64,000 nt of DNA, from contig CAZVGS010000003.1 in NCBI GenBank assembly GCA_964627245.1, positions 47,551 to 111,550 on the forward strand. Direction: 5' to 3'. Positions 29,359-39,367 of this stretch are shown in pieces. Source of the DNA: an uncultured Gammaproteobacteria bacterium. GTDB taxonomy: Bacteria > Patescibacteriota > Microgenomatia > Levybacterales > GWA1-39-11. A program made the position numbers and the translations under genes. Positions within the stretch are counted from its first letter, which is position 1. Every line of letters begins with the position of its first letter. Under the pieces are notes generated by a model that did no database searches, was not told where the DNA came from, and saw nothing but the letters and a program-made list of their open reading frames with translations.

Positions 29359-29770
29359 GAACAAACAAATAACGGTAATAGTAGGTTTGGTTATAAAAAA
29401 TGGAAAGGTTTTGATGGTGAAAAGAAATGAGCCTGAGGTAAAAGAGACTCATCTCAAGTGGGAAATACCAGGCGGAAAAGTTGAATTTAAGGAATCTCCG
29501 CAAGAGGCAATCGTCAGAGAGATAGAAGAGGAAACCGGAGTTAAAACAAAGGTTAAAAGATTGATACCCGAAGTTTTTTTACAATACTGGGATTATCCTT
29601 GGGGTGTTCAGCAAACTCTGCTTTTTGCCTATGAATGCGGGTTTGTTTCTGAAGGACAAAGAAAGAATGATCATCATGTGGTTGATGTTGAGTGGGTGCG
29701 GCTAAGTGATGTGAAGAAGTGCAAACGCCTTCCGGGAGTAGATTTTTTTATTGAAGCTTTAGGATCCTAG
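29345..29770 (+). CDS. NUDIX hydrolase
   Basis: Nudix box GGKVEFKESPQEAIVREIEEETG; start uncertain (GTG 29345 or TTG 29297). Confidence 0.85.
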   Translation: MSESRNKQITVIVGLVIKNGKVLMVKRNEPEVKETHLKWEIPGGKVEFKESPQEAIVREIEEETGVKTKVKRLIPEVFLQYWDYPWGVQQTLLFAYECGFVSEGQRKNDHHVVDVEWVRLSDVKKCKRLPGVDFFIEALGS

Positions 29771-30211
29771 CTTAGACTTTACTATTGATGAGACTAATCC
29801 CCCGTCTGCCTTGCCTTTGATTTGCGGAGCAAGAAAACCCATGACTTTGCCCATTTCCTGAATAGATGACGCACCTGTTTGTGAAATAGCATCATCCACA
29901 AGTTTTTTTATAACTTCTTCAGTAAGTTGTTCCGGCAAGTATTTTTGAAGCGTTTCTAATTCTCTCTTTTCTTTATCCGCAAGCTCTTGCCGTCCGCCTT
30001 TCTCATAAAGTTCGATAGATTCTTTCCGTTTTTTTATTTCACGTCCTACAACCTCAATTACATCTTCATCTGTTGCGCTATAGCCTGCCCCTCCTTTTTG
30101 AATCTCGAAATATTGAATTGCCGACTTGAGCATGCGGATAGTAGAAAGTTTTTCTTCACTCTTTTCTATCATGGCAGATGTTAGATCATCTTGAATCTTT
30201 TCTTTTAACAT
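29759..30211 (-). CDS. GatB/YqeY domain protein
   Basis: KKRKESIELYEKGGR.EL..KE..E...L..YLP.QL and MGKVM motifs. Confidence 0.92.
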   Translation of the reverse strand: MLKEKIQDDLTSAMIEKSEEKLSTIRMLKSAIQYFEIQKGGAGYSATDEDVIEVVGREIKKRKESIELYEKGGRQELADKEKRELETLQKYLPEQLTEEVIKKLVDDAISQTGASSIQEMGKVMGFLAPQIKGKADGGLVSSIVKSKLGS

Positions 30212-30310
30212 ATTGCTATATTATATTCTTATCCTTCATTTCTGGCAAATTGTTAAGCGTCTGTAGGTATAAAAGAATTCATAGAGTAAACAAACAAATA
30301 TTTTTAATAA

Positions 30311-31681
30311 TTATTTATTATTAATATTTTGCAGTCTTTCCAAAAGATACTTACGGGTATTTTTGGAAAGATCTTCATCGACCTCCTTAAAAAGAACACT
30401 TAGAATTTCTCCAACTCTTTTTCCAGGAGGTATATTTAATTCTTTCATAACATCATTTCCGTCAATAGCCAAATCGTTTGTTGAAAAGGGGGGATTTAAT
30501 TGTTCTTCGAGTCTTTCTTTGAATTTTTTTAGCCTCCAGCTTTCTGCTGTTTGAGTTCCTCCGCCAAGCCTGTCGCCAATCCGAAGATCTATCATGTCCT
30601 TAACATTATCTAGGCCAACCCGTCTAATAAATCTTCTAACAGCGCTATCCGTAATGTTTTCATCAACAGTGAACATATGCCAGCGAATTAATGTATAGAT
30701 TTTTTCTTTTTGTTTGTTGGACAGACGAAGCCTTTCTGAAATATCTTTTGATATTTTTGCACCAACTACTTCGTGATTATAAAAAATAATGTAGCCGTCA
30801 TTGTCTTTTGAGGCAACATCAGGTTTTCCTACATCATGTAGTAAAGCTGCGAGCTTGACAACCGGATCCTTTGTTGGGCATTCTTTCAGTGATAATATAT
30901 TATGAGTAAAAACATCAGTTGTATGATGCCTCCCAGGTCTCATTTGAGAAATTCCTTTTCCTCTTGAAAGTTCTGGAAAAATAAAATCCAATATTCCTAT
31001 TTCATCAAGAAGACATATTCCCTTATATGCATTGTCTGTCTCAAGTATCTTAAGCAGTTCATCCCTTATTCGTTCAAATGAAACGTGCGAAATTAGGTTA
31101 TAATCCTTTTTAATTGCATTTAAAGTGTTTTTTTCAATTAAGAAGTTTAACTGGGCGCAGAACCTAACTGCCCTCATAAGTCTTAAAGCGTCTTCTTTAA
31201 ATCTTTCGTCGGGGTTGCCGACAGTTCTTATAATTTTATTCTTCAAATCTTCCCGTCCGTTTACTAAATCAATAATTTTGATGTTGTTGTCTACCAACTC
31301 AAATGCCAAAGCATTGACTGTAAAGTCCCGTCGCGCTAAGTCTTCTTCAAGAGTTTTTCCCCATTCAACCTCGTCCGGATGCCTATGATCACTAGTGCCT
31401 TTTTCTGTTCTGAATGTGGTTATCTCAACAATACCCTTTTCCGAATATTGAATTTTCTCAACGATTTTAACGCCTACTGTACCAAAAGAATTATCGTAAA
31501 AAGAATCAGGGAAGACTTCCTGAATTTTCTCAGGTGTTGCGTTGGTGGTAAGATCCCAGTCTTTCACCGGAAGGTCCATGAGTAGATTTCTCACACACCC
31601 ACCCACAAAATAAACTTCAAAGCCTGCCTCTTTTAACTTGCTATATATAGAAATTATTTCAGGATTTATTTTATCGAGCAT
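30311..31681 (-). CDS. cca: CCA tRNA nucleotidyltransferase with HD domain
   Basis: VGGCVR, DWD, EITTFR, RRDFTVNA, EDALR and LLHDVGK motifs. Confidence 0.92.
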   Translation of the reverse strand: MLDKINPEIISIYSKLKEAGFEVYFVGGCVRNLLMDLPVKDWDLTTNATPEKIQEVFPDSFYDNSFGTVGVKIVEKIQYSEKGIVEITTFRTEKGTSDHRHPDEVEWGKTLEEDLARRDFTVNALAFELVDNNIKIIDLVNGREDLKNKIIRTVGNPDERFKEDALRLMRAVRFCAQLNFLIEKNTLNAIKKDYNLISHVSFERIRDELLKILETDNAYKGICLLDEIGILDFIFPELSRGKGISQMRPGRHHTTDVFTHNILSLKECPTKDPVVKLAALLHDVGKPDVASKDNDGYIIFYNHEVVGAKISKDISERLRLSNKQKEKIYTLIRWHMFTVDENITDSAVRRFIRRVGLDNVKDMIDLRIGDRLGGGTQTAESWRLKKFKERLEEQLNPPFSTNDLAIDGNDVMKELNIPPGKRVGEILSVLFKEVDEDLSKNTRKYLLERLQNINNK

Positions 31682-31717
31682 GTGTTATTATGGATTGATT
31701 GTTAAGTTGAGTATATC

Positions 31718-33370
31718 ATGAAAAAGTGGAGAATAATCAGCATTCAAAGTCAAAAAGTACCAAAAGAAATTAAAACTGTAGAGAAAATTCTTCTTAAGAA
31801 TAGAGGTTTTGATAAAGACGAAGAAGTAAGAGATTTTTTTAACCCTGATATCTCTGATCTAAATATTATTAATGCCGGCATCGACAAAAAGGAATTTCAA
31901 AAATTCAAGAAACGATTACAATCGGCATTTAACAATAATGAAAAAATAATAATTTTTGGAGATTTTGATGTTGATGGAATATGTGCATCAGCAATTCTTT
32001 GGGAGGCCATATATAAATCTTACAAAAATATTTTTCCATACATTCCGGATAGAATAGAAGAGGGGTACGGCTTATCCGAAAAAGGAATTGATAAAGTGTT
32101 GGAAATTCATCCTGACACGAAGGTTATAATAACTGTTGACAATGGTATTGTTGCGTTCAAGGCGGTTGATTACGCAAATTCTAAGGGCATTGATGTAGTT
32201 GTAACAGACCACCATGTTAAGGAAAAAAAACTACCAAAAGCATCTATTATACTTCACACGACAAAACTTTGCGGTGCAGGAATTGCTTGGGTAATTATTA
32301 ATAAATTAGGTTATCTATCTGATGGGAAAATCCACGAATTGTTAGAGCTTGCATGTCTTGCGACGGTTGCTGATCTTGTTCCGTTGACCTATTACAATAG
32401 GGCTATTGTAAGTGAAGGTATAACTTTATTAAGAAAAACGGAAAGGATCGGGTTGATGCAATTGATTTACGAAGCCGGAATTGATCCATCCAAAATCACA
32501 ACGTACTCAATAAGTCACATTATTGCTCCGAGGCTTAATGCATCGGGAAGAATACAGAGCGCGATGAATGCTCTTAGACTGCTTTGCACTAATGACAGAA
32601 ATAAAGCAGAAGAGCTGTCCCTAATGCTTTCTAAGCTTAATAAAAACAGGCAGGAATTAACAGAGGAGTCAGTAAGTCACGCCAAGCTTTTGGCAATAGG
32701 AAAAAAAGAAGAAGTGATAATTGTTGCGAGTAAGAAATATAGTCAGGGTGTAATTGGCCTTATTGCATCAAATCTTGTTGAAGCTTATTACAAGCCTGTG
32801 TTGGCAATATCTTTGGATGAGCCTATTTCTAAAGGCTCTGCACGATCAATAAGGGGCATTAATATTATCGAGCTTATCAGATCGACTGGTGAAGTGTTGG
32901 AAAATGCCGGGGGTCATCCGATGGCAGCAGGATTTAGTGTAAGAACTGAATTAATTGAAGAATTTTCAAAAAGAATTATTAAGAATTCTAAAAAGTATAT
33001 AACCAAGGACACGCTTGAAAGATATTTGGATATTGATTGCATGCTTTCTTTCGAATTGATTAATCCGGATTTAATAAAAACGTTAAATAAATTTGAACCC
33101 TTTGGTATGGGTAACCCTCAGCCTGTATTTGCAACAAGAAATGTTAGTGTTTTGGAATGCAGAAAAATTGGCAAGGATCAAAATCACCTTAAGTTAAAAG
33201 TTGAAAGTGAAGGGAGTATTATTGACGCTGTAGCATTCGGTTTTGGTGACAAAGTTGAGTTTAATGAGGGTGATAAAATAGATATAGCGTATGCGGTCGG
33301 TGAAAATGAATGGAATGGGAAAATTTCAATTCAGTTAAGGATAAAAGATATAGTATCTAACCAGTTGTAG
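31718..33370 (+). CDS. recJ: ssDNA exonuclease RecJ
   Basis: GDFDVDG, TVDNG, TDHH, PRLNASGR and GGHPMAAG motifs. Confidence 0.96.
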   Translation: MKKWRIISIQSQKVPKEIKTVEKILLKNRGFDKDEEVRDFFNPDISDLNIINAGIDKKEFQKFKKRLQSAFNNNEKIIIFGDFDVDGICASAILWEAIYKSYKNIFPYIPDRIEEGYGLSEKGIDKVLEIHPDTKVIITVDNGIVAFKAVDYANSKGIDVVVTDHHVKEKKLPKASIILHTTKLCGAGIAWVIINKLGYLSDGKIHELLELACLATVADLVPLTYYNRAIVSEGITLLRKTERIGLMQLIYEAGIDPSKITTYSISHIIAPRLNASGRIQSAMNALRLLCTNDRNKAEELSLMLSKLNKNRQELTEESVSHAKLLAIGKKEEVIIVASKKYSQGVIGLIASNLVEAYYKPVLAISLDEPISKGSARSIRGINIIELIRSTGEVLENAGGHPMAAGFSVRTELIEEFSKRIIKNSKKYITKDTLERYLDIDCMLSFELINPDLIKTLNKFEPFGMGNPQPVFATRNVSVLECRKIGKDQNHLKLKVESEGSIIDAVAFGFGDKVEFNEGDKIDIAYAVGENEWNGKISIQLRIKDIVSNQL

Positions 33371-33659
33371 TTGTTTTGACAAGTTCTTCAGAATCAGTCT
33401 TTGAGTTTGGATTTTGGATAATATTAGAATTTAGAGTTTCTTTCCACTTAGCGATTTTAATTTTTACCCTTTCATCTTCGGCTTTTTGTTGTAGATGAAT
33501 GTCCCTAGTTTTGTTGTTTTTAGCAATCACAGCGAGTATGGCATCGCGTTGTTTTTCAGTATTAAATTTATCTATATCCCGTTGTAAGCCCTTTACGCTC
33601 ATTTGGTCTTCTGACATGGGCTTGTCTACAGCTTCAACAAAATCGGGAGAGTCATTCAT
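33357..33659 (-). CDS. Hypothetical protein
   Basis: 100-aa ORF; TGtTAGATT 6 nt before the ATG. Confidence 0.6.
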   Translation of the reverse strand: MNDSPDFVEAVDKPMSEDQMSVKGLQRDIDKFNTEKQRDAILAVIAKNNKTRDIHLQQKAEDERVKIKIAKWKETLNSNIIQNPNSKTDSEELVKTTTTG

Positions 33660-33693
33660 GATAATAATCTAACATAAAAAAGCCATTTTTTCA

Positions 33694-33984
33694 TTAATCC
33701 AGAAAAGCAATGGGTTGATCCCCAACATCATTGACAAGATCAGGTATGTGTGCTGGTTTATCAGGTGTTAGGCTAAAACCGGTCTGTTTTCCTTCATGTG
33801 ATCTTTCAGCCATTGATTTTCTAAGTCTTTCAAGTACCCTTATATTGTCATGGTGAGGAACAATCTTCATAGGGTTATCCCAATCCCCATCTGCGTACAG
33901 GAAAGGCTTTCCAGTAAGCCGAGCGCATTCTGAGAGTTCTGCGACTCTATCTTCTGGTGTAGGTTTTTTGTATAAATTCTCCAT
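33694..33984 (-). CDS. Hypothetical protein downstream of the attenuator-like leader
   Basis: 96-aa ORF starting 8 nt after a terminator U-tract. Confidence 0.6.
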   Translation of the reverse strand: MENLYKKPTPEDRVAELSECARLTGKPFLYADGDWDNPMKIVPHHDNIRVLERLRKSMAERSHEGKQTGFSLTPDKPAHIPDLVNDVGDQPIAFLD

Positions 33985-33992
33985 ATTTTTCC

Positions 33993-34019
33993 AAAAAAAA
34001 ACTCCCTCAGTGAGGGAGT
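33993..34019 (-). terminator. Intrinsic terminator of the leader region
   Basis: Minus strand ACTCCCTC-ACT-GAGGGAGT followed by T8. Confidence 0.85.
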
Positions 34020-34044
34020 CAGCGCCAAATCGGCAACAAACTCC

Positions 34045-34101
34045 CTAGGGCGTAATGCCCTTGAGAGAATTTCTAAAACTGGCGACGTGTGTTTTTTTCA
34101 T
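34045..34101 (-). CDS. Putative leader peptide MKKTHVASFRNSLKGITP (18 aa)
   Basis: Manual translation; lies between a consensus promoter and the terminator, overlapping mutually exclusive helices. Confidence 0.5.
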   Translation of the reverse strand: MKKTHVASFRNSLKGITP

Positions 34102-34113
34102 AATCCAAAAATT

Positions 34114-34142
34114 ATTATAGTTATATATTTTCATGCTGTCAA
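34114..34142 (-). promoter_or_regulatory. Perfect-consensus sigma70 promoter
   Basis: TTGACA (34142-34137), 17-nt spacer, TATAAT (34119-34114). Confidence 0.85.
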
Positions 34143-34182
34143 TACACTATTTTGAAGCAAAATATGATATGATACAGCTATT

Positions 34183-35538
34183 ATGCAAAACCGTGTTCTG
34201 ACTAGTGAGGTCGTCAACAAAGTTGGTGAAACAGTAGTTATTTGTGGGTGGATTGAGAGAGTGAGAAGTCATGGGAAAATAGCATTTTTTGACATCAGGG
34301 ACCGGGGTGGAGTCCTTCAGGTTGTAGCAGCAACCCCAGAGGTAGTTGCGTCTGTCGAAGAACTTTCAGTTCAAAGTGTTGTAACTATCACAGGAATTGT
34401 CAAAGAGCGGGGTGAGCGGTACGTAAATCCTAATATCCCGCTTGGATCTGTAGAAGTAGAATTGACTAAAGCTGTTGAGATCATCTCAAAAGCTGAGGAG
34501 ATGCCTTTTGATATGGGTGGAACTGAGTTAAATCTACAGCTACCTACACTTCTTGATTTTAGGGCATTGTCTTTGAGGCATCAGCAGATCACTCCAATTT
34601 TTAAGGTCCAAGAAACGGTAATAGATACTTTCAGAAAGGCATTAAAAGCACGTGATTTTACAGAATTTCAAGCACCAGTAATAATCCCCCAAACAGCAGA
34701 AGGAGGATCGGAAGTTTTTGAAGTAAAATATTTTGATCATAAGGCTTATCTTGCTCAAAGTCCACAATTCTACAAACAGATATTGGTGGGAGTTTATGAA
34801 AGGGTTTTTGCAGTGAATAAGACGCTCAGAGCCGAACCCTCTGTTACGACAAGGCATCTTACCGAAGTAACCACACTTGATGCTGAGTTTGGTTTTATAA
34901 ATTCATGGGAAGATGTTATGGAAATGGCTCAGTATGTAATTACAGAAATACTAAATGCAGTTGAAGATCAACAGAAAGATGTTCTCGAGATGTATAAAAC
35001 AACAATACCCAAAGTCGGAAATCCTATTCCAAGAGTTAAGTTGAGAGATGCACAGCAAATAATTGCAAAACGTATTGGTAAGGATGTTTCTGACGAACCT
35101 GATCTTTCACCAGAGGATGAAAAGGAGATTTGCAAGTGGGCGCTTGCGGAAAAGGGTAGTGATCTAGTTTTTGTAACACATTATCCTGTAAGTAAAAGGC
35201 CTTTTTATACATATGAAGACCCAGAGGATCCTGGATATACGCTTAGCTTTGATCTGATTGGACGGGGGACTGAATGGTTAACCGGTGGGCAACGCATTAA
35301 TGACTATGAAAAACTGGTCACTGCGGCAAAAGGTAGGGGGATTGATCTCGCGAAAAGCGAGCTTTATCTTCAAGCATTTCGATACGGTATGCCTCCGGAG
35401 GGTGGGTTTTCCTTTGGATCTGAACGAATTGTCATGCATATTTTAGGACTAGCAAATGTACGTGAAGCCTCTCTTTTTCCAAGAGATATGGAGCGAATAG
35501 ATGAAAGACTCTCAATCCTCAAAAAAGAAAAAGAATAA
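34183..35538 (+). CDS. aspS: Aspartyl-tRNA synthetase, short archaeal-like type (probably non-discriminating)
   Basis: R.HG...F.D.RD OB fold, AQSPQFYKQ, RAE...T.RHL, GGQRI, GMPP.GG...G.ER; no GAD insert. Confidence 0.9.
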   Translation: MQNRVLTSEVVNKVGETVVICGWIERVRSHGKIAFFDIRDRGGVLQVVAATPEVVASVEELSVQSVVTITGIVKERGERYVNPNIPLGSVEVELTKAVEIISKAEEMPFDMGGTELNLQLPTLLDFRALSLRHQQITPIFKVQETVIDTFRKALKARDFTEFQAPVIIPQTAEGGSEVFEVKYFDHKAYLAQSPQFYKQILVGVYERVFAVNKTLRAEPSVTTRHLTEVTTLDAEFGFINSWEDVMEMAQYVITEILNAVEDQQKDVLEMYKTTIPKVGNPIPRVKLRDAQQIIAKRIGKDVSDEPDLSPEDEKEICKWALAEKGSDLVFVTHYPVSKRPFYTYEDPEDPGYTLSFDLIGRGTEWLTGGQRINDYEKLVTAAKGRGIDLAKSELYLQAFRYGMPPEGGFSFGSERIVMHILGLANVREASLFPRDMERIDERLSILKKEKE

Positions 35539-36460
35539 TTTTTCAAGAATTCATTTTTTTGATACTGTAATTATTCTCGGAATACTAAATGTGGCACTTT
35601 TTACAGTAGGCATATTCACGTTTGGCGCAATTAAGTCGTTTGAGCTTCCTGCAATATCGAGCAAATCGCTTCCGGTAAGTTCAATTCCTCTTCCGTCAGA
35701 TCTTGAAGGTATTAATGCATCCGCTGCGGCTTATGTGGTTTTTGATTCAAAATCCCGAACAGTTATCGCAGGAAAAAACAAAGATTTGAGGTTTTCACCT
35801 GCTTCAACTGCGAAAGTAATGAGTGCTCTTTTAATTCTTTCTCACTACAATCTAGATGATTATTTAGTTGTGCCTTCAAATATATACGAGGTTGAGGGTT
35901 CTAAGATGAAATTAATACCCGGAGAGGAGATTAAAGTCATAGATCTTCTTTATGGAATGATGCTTCCTTCGGGAAATGATGCTGCCCATACATTTGCGTA
36001 TCATTATAAAGGGGGAGTTGAGAATTTTGTTAAGGATATGAATAAAAAGGCAAGAGAATTAAAACTATTCAATACGCATTTCAAGGACCCCTCAGGATAT
36101 GGGGATGGAAATTATACAACGGCAGAAGATCTTTCGAGACTTGGTGCAATTGCGATGGAAAATCCTGATCTTTCAAGAATAGTCAAAACCAGATATCATG
36201 AAGCTTATAACCGTACATTTACTCACGCTTTCTATCTTGAGAACCTAAATGAGCTTTTAGTTTACGATAATGTATTAGGTATAAAAACCGGATTCACAAA
36301 TGAAGCAGGCGGAGTACTTTTAACAGCCATTCAAAAAGGAGATTCAATATTTATTGTATGTGTTTTGAAGAGCAATGATAGATTTTATGATACTAGAGAT
36401 TTGATGAATTTTATCATGGAGAAAGTCAATTTTGCACTTCCTGCACAGGATTTTCATTAA
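35501..36460 (+). CDS. D-alanyl-D-alanine carboxypeptidase (peptidase S11)
   Basis: SxxK (ASTAK), SxN (SGN) and KTG motifs; N-terminal TM. Confidence 0.92.
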   Translation: MKDSQSSKKKKNNFSRIHFFDTVIILGILNVALFTVGIFTFGAIKSFELPAISSKSLPVSSIPLPSDLEGINASAAAYVVFDSKSRTVIAGKNKDLRFSPASTAKVMSALLILSHYNLDDYLVVPSNIYEVEGSKMKLIPGEEIKVIDLLYGMMLPSGNDAAHTFAYHYKGGVENFVKDMNKKARELKLFNTHFKDPSGYGDGNYTTAEDLSRLGAIAMENPDLSRIVKTRYHEAYNRTFTHAFYLENLNELLVYDNVLGIKTGFTNEAGGVLLTAIQKGDSIFIVCVLKSNDRFYDTRDLMNFIMEKVNFALPAQDFH

Positions 36461-37493
36461 TTCCTATAGACGATTCGGGAAGAGCTTCAACATAAGCCGT
36501 GAAATTGATACCGGTGAAAACGAACACTGGAAGTAAAAAGCCCTGATTTTCCTTAGTCAGGTAATATTTTAGATCCACATTTGTAATGTCAACATCTGTT
36601 AAATTTTGTGGGTTAATTGTGTAAGCTTTGCCTAACTTTAAATCCTCAAGAGCTTCCTCGGAAGTTTTTATCGGATAATCACTGCTTTCCTCAAGATTGG
36701 CTTCGTGATTATAGAATATTCCTTCAAGAACAGTGAAGCGCGAGCCAGGATAGCTTACAATGAAAGTTGAAAGAGACTTTTCCGGTACGCCGTAAACTGT
36801 TTCTATCTCATCAATGAGTATCTGGGGGATAGTTACTCTGGCAAGTCTTGCAAGCCCGATGTTTTGTGCGCCGATTAATCCGCCATTTCGCAATTCAAGA
36901 AGTTCAATTTTCATATTTTTAAGATCGAGATTGTTTATGTTGGCTCCGATTGTCCTTAATAAACTTTCCATGTCAGATCTTATTGCATCTTCTGAAGGAA
37001 GAACCCCTGTTGATACAAGGCTGGGATTTATTAAATAGTTGGAAAATATTATGAAATTATGGTCAACTATATCGTACTCAATGGTAACTCCTGTTTTTGA
37101 CTGAGTCCACCTGTATAAGGTGTCGGTAATTTTAATTTGATTTTCAATAAAATTGGCTGAATCTAAAGTATTTTTTGCTTCATTTAAAGCTAGAAGACTG
37201 GGACTGCCCGATTTAGTTTTATAGATATTTACCCTATCGGGAAAAGCAGGCAAAAGACCGTCAACAGTATTTACAGTATAGTTAATTAAATTTGGATTGC
37301 TTTCCGGGAATATAATCCTTGGAAGTTGCCCGAATGCTTCCTCAGGTGGGGGAGGCGGTTTTGGAAAAAAAACTTCAGTAATTAAAGCTCCTCCTCTTAT
37401 AAAGATAAAAAGAATCATCAGAACTCCAAAAATAACTCCACCTACTTTTAAAAAAAGCCTTCCTTCACGAGTAACATTAACTAGAGTTGCCAT
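36426..37493 (-). CDS. Hypothetical membrane-anchored protein
   Basis: 355 aa; TM plus PPPPP linker, FGQLP motif, C-terminal PVFVF...YVEA. Confidence 0.75.
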   Translation of the reverse strand: MATLVNVTREGRLFLKVGGVIFGVLMILFIFIRGGALITEVFFPKPPPPPEEAFGQLPRIIFPESNPNLINYTVNTVDGLLPAFPDRVNIYKTKSGSPSLLALNEAKNTLDSANFIENQIKITDTLYRWTQSKTGVTIEYDIVDHNFIIFSNYLINPSLVSTGVLPSEDAIRSDMESLLRTIGANINNLDLKNMKIELLELRNGGLIGAQNIGLARLARVTIPQILIDEIETVYGVPEKSLSTFIVSYPGSRFTVLEGIFYNHEANLEESSDYPIKTSEEALEDLKLGKAYTINPQNLTDVDITNVDLKYYLTKENQGFLLPVFVFTGINFTAYVEALPESSIGINENPVQEVQN

Positions 37494-37543
37494 ATATAAG
37501 CTTCAATATTGAGTATACGTAAATATTAGATTACAATGCAAAT

Positions 37544-38752
37544 ATGGTAATAGTGAGGTTTGCACCCAGTCCTACAGGAATACCGCACGTAGGAAATATA
37601 AGAACAGCGTTGTTTGATTATTTCTTTGCAAAGTCTCAAAATGGGAAGTTCATTTTAAGGCTTGAGGATACTGATCAGGCAAGAAAAGTCGAGGGTGCTG
37701 TTGAGGCAATTAAGGAGAGTCTTTTATGGCTAGGTGCTTCGTGGGATAATTTTGTGGTTCAGTCCGAAAGACTTGATGAATATAAGAAATATGCATTAGA
37801 GCTTGTTGATAAAGGGTTCGCAAAGAAAGACGGAGATGCAATAAGATTTATAACAGACAAAGTAAAAGGAAATGTGTCTTGGCATGATGCTGTTGGTCGA
37901 AAGGAAATAGTGTTTGAAGCAGAAAACGTTGAAGATTTTATCATTCTTAAGGCAGATGGATTTCCGACGTACCATTTAGCTAATGTAATAGATGACCATT
38001 TAATGGAAATTACGCACGTAATAAGAGGAGAAGATTGGATACCTTCTACTCCTAAGCATATTTTGTTGTATAAAGCATTTGAGTGGCAGGCGCCCATTTT
38101 TGCTCATGTTCCAAATGTAATGGGAACAGATGGAAAAAAACTATCAAAAAGAAGAGGAGCAAAGAGCGTTCTGGATTTTAAATCGGATGGATATTTACCC
38201 GAAGCTTTATTAAATTATCTTATGCTGCTTGGCTGGTCACCCAAAAATGATAAAGAAATTCTGACAAAAGAAGAAATAATTGAGTTTTTTTCCCTAGATA
38301 AAATCAATGTAGCACCCTCCATTTTTGATGAGAGAAAGCTTTTATGGATGAACGGAGAATATATCAGGGCTTTGCATGTCGAAGAACTGCTACAAAGAAT
38401 TATTGAATTCGACAACTCTTTTCAAAGTTTTGATCGTGCAGTTCTTCTGAAATACGTAAAAAGTGCACAGACGAGAATTAAAACATTGGCTGAATTTAAA
38501 ATTTATGTCTATCCATTCCTTCATCCTGTTGGGCACCAAAGTCTGCTACTAAGAAAGTATGGTAAGGCTCTTGAAAATTTAACAAATTGGAATAGTCCTA
38601 TGATATCCAATGCAACGATTTTATTTATGCAAGAGGAGAATATAAAGTATCCTCAGATATACAAAGACCTGATCGGGGTAAATCAAGGACTTCCGCTCGG
38701 TGATGTCTTTGAAATTTTAGGAAAAGAAAAAACCCTTCAACTATTGAAGTAG
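37544..38752 (+). CDS. gltX: Glutamate--tRNA ligase (compact form)
   Basis: RFAPSPTG..HVGN, EDTD, PTYHLA.VIDD, HVIRGEDW and KLSKR motifs. Confidence 0.94.
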   Translation: MVIVRFAPSPTGIPHVGNIRTALFDYFFAKSQNGKFILRLEDTDQARKVEGAVEAIKESLLWLGASWDNFVVQSERLDEYKKYALELVDKGFAKKDGDAIRFITDKVKGNVSWHDAVGRKEIVFEAENVEDFIILKADGFPTYHLANVIDDHLMEITHVIRGEDWIPSTPKHILLYKAFEWQAPIFAHVPNVMGTDGKKLSKRRGAKSVLDFKSDGYLPEALLNYLMLLGWSPKNDKEILTKEEIIEFFSLDKINVAPSIFDERKLLWMNGEYIRALHVEELLQRIIEFDNSFQSFDRAVLLKYVKSAQTRIKTLAEFKIYVYPFLHPVGHQSLLLRKYGKALENLTNWNSPMISNATILFMQEENIKYPQIYKDLIGVNQGLPLGDVFEILGKEKTLQLLK

Positions 38753-38779
38753 TAGCAGTAATCAATTATCCTTAAATAA

Positions 38780-39367
38780 GTGAAGAATTCAGCAAAGACA
38801 TCAGGTGTTATTTTCCATCCGGTTATTCTTTCATTGGCAGGAGTATTTTTAATTGTCAACACTTCAACAAATGATTTACAAAAAGCTTTTTATTGGACAG
38901 GCTTGTCTGCGATTTTTGCACTTATAATTGGTGTTTTTGTTGTGCTTGGCGTAAAGCAGGGATTTTTTAATAATTTGGATGTTTCTAATAGAAAGCAAAG
39001 AGTTATTCTTTACCCTTTTGCGATACTTGTTGTTATCTTTTTTGGTTTTTTTGTTTTTATATCAAGAGGACCATCGTCTCTTGTAGCAGCGAGTATAATT
39101 TTTATCGTGGCTCTCTTAGTGTTGGATCTTATAAATCATAAAATAAAAGCTAGCGTTCATGTTGCATCAGTTACATCATTTTGCACAGGGATACTATACC
39201 TTTACGGAATTAATTTCTTACCGGTTTTTGTTTTAGTTCCAATTGTTGCCATTGCTAGAATTGTTGAGAAAAGGCATACGGTAAAAGAAGTTATCGCCGG
39301 CGGTTTGAGCGGGTTTGGATTAACTATGCTTGGTATTTATGTTGTACAATTCATTTTAGGAACATGA
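38780..39367 (+). CDS. PAP2-like membrane protein
   Basis: KASVH and AR....RHT..EV..G motifs; adjacent to dgkA. Confidence 0.7.
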   Translation: MKNSAKTSGVIFHPVILSLAGVFLIVNTSTNDLQKAFYWTGLSAIFALIIGVFVVLGVKQGFFNNLDVSNRKQRVILYPFAILVVIFFGFFVFISRGPSSLVAASIIFIVALLVLDLINHKIKASVHVASVTSFCTGILYLYGINFLPVFVLVPIVAIARIVEKRHTVKEVIAGGLSGFGLTMLGIYVVQFILGT

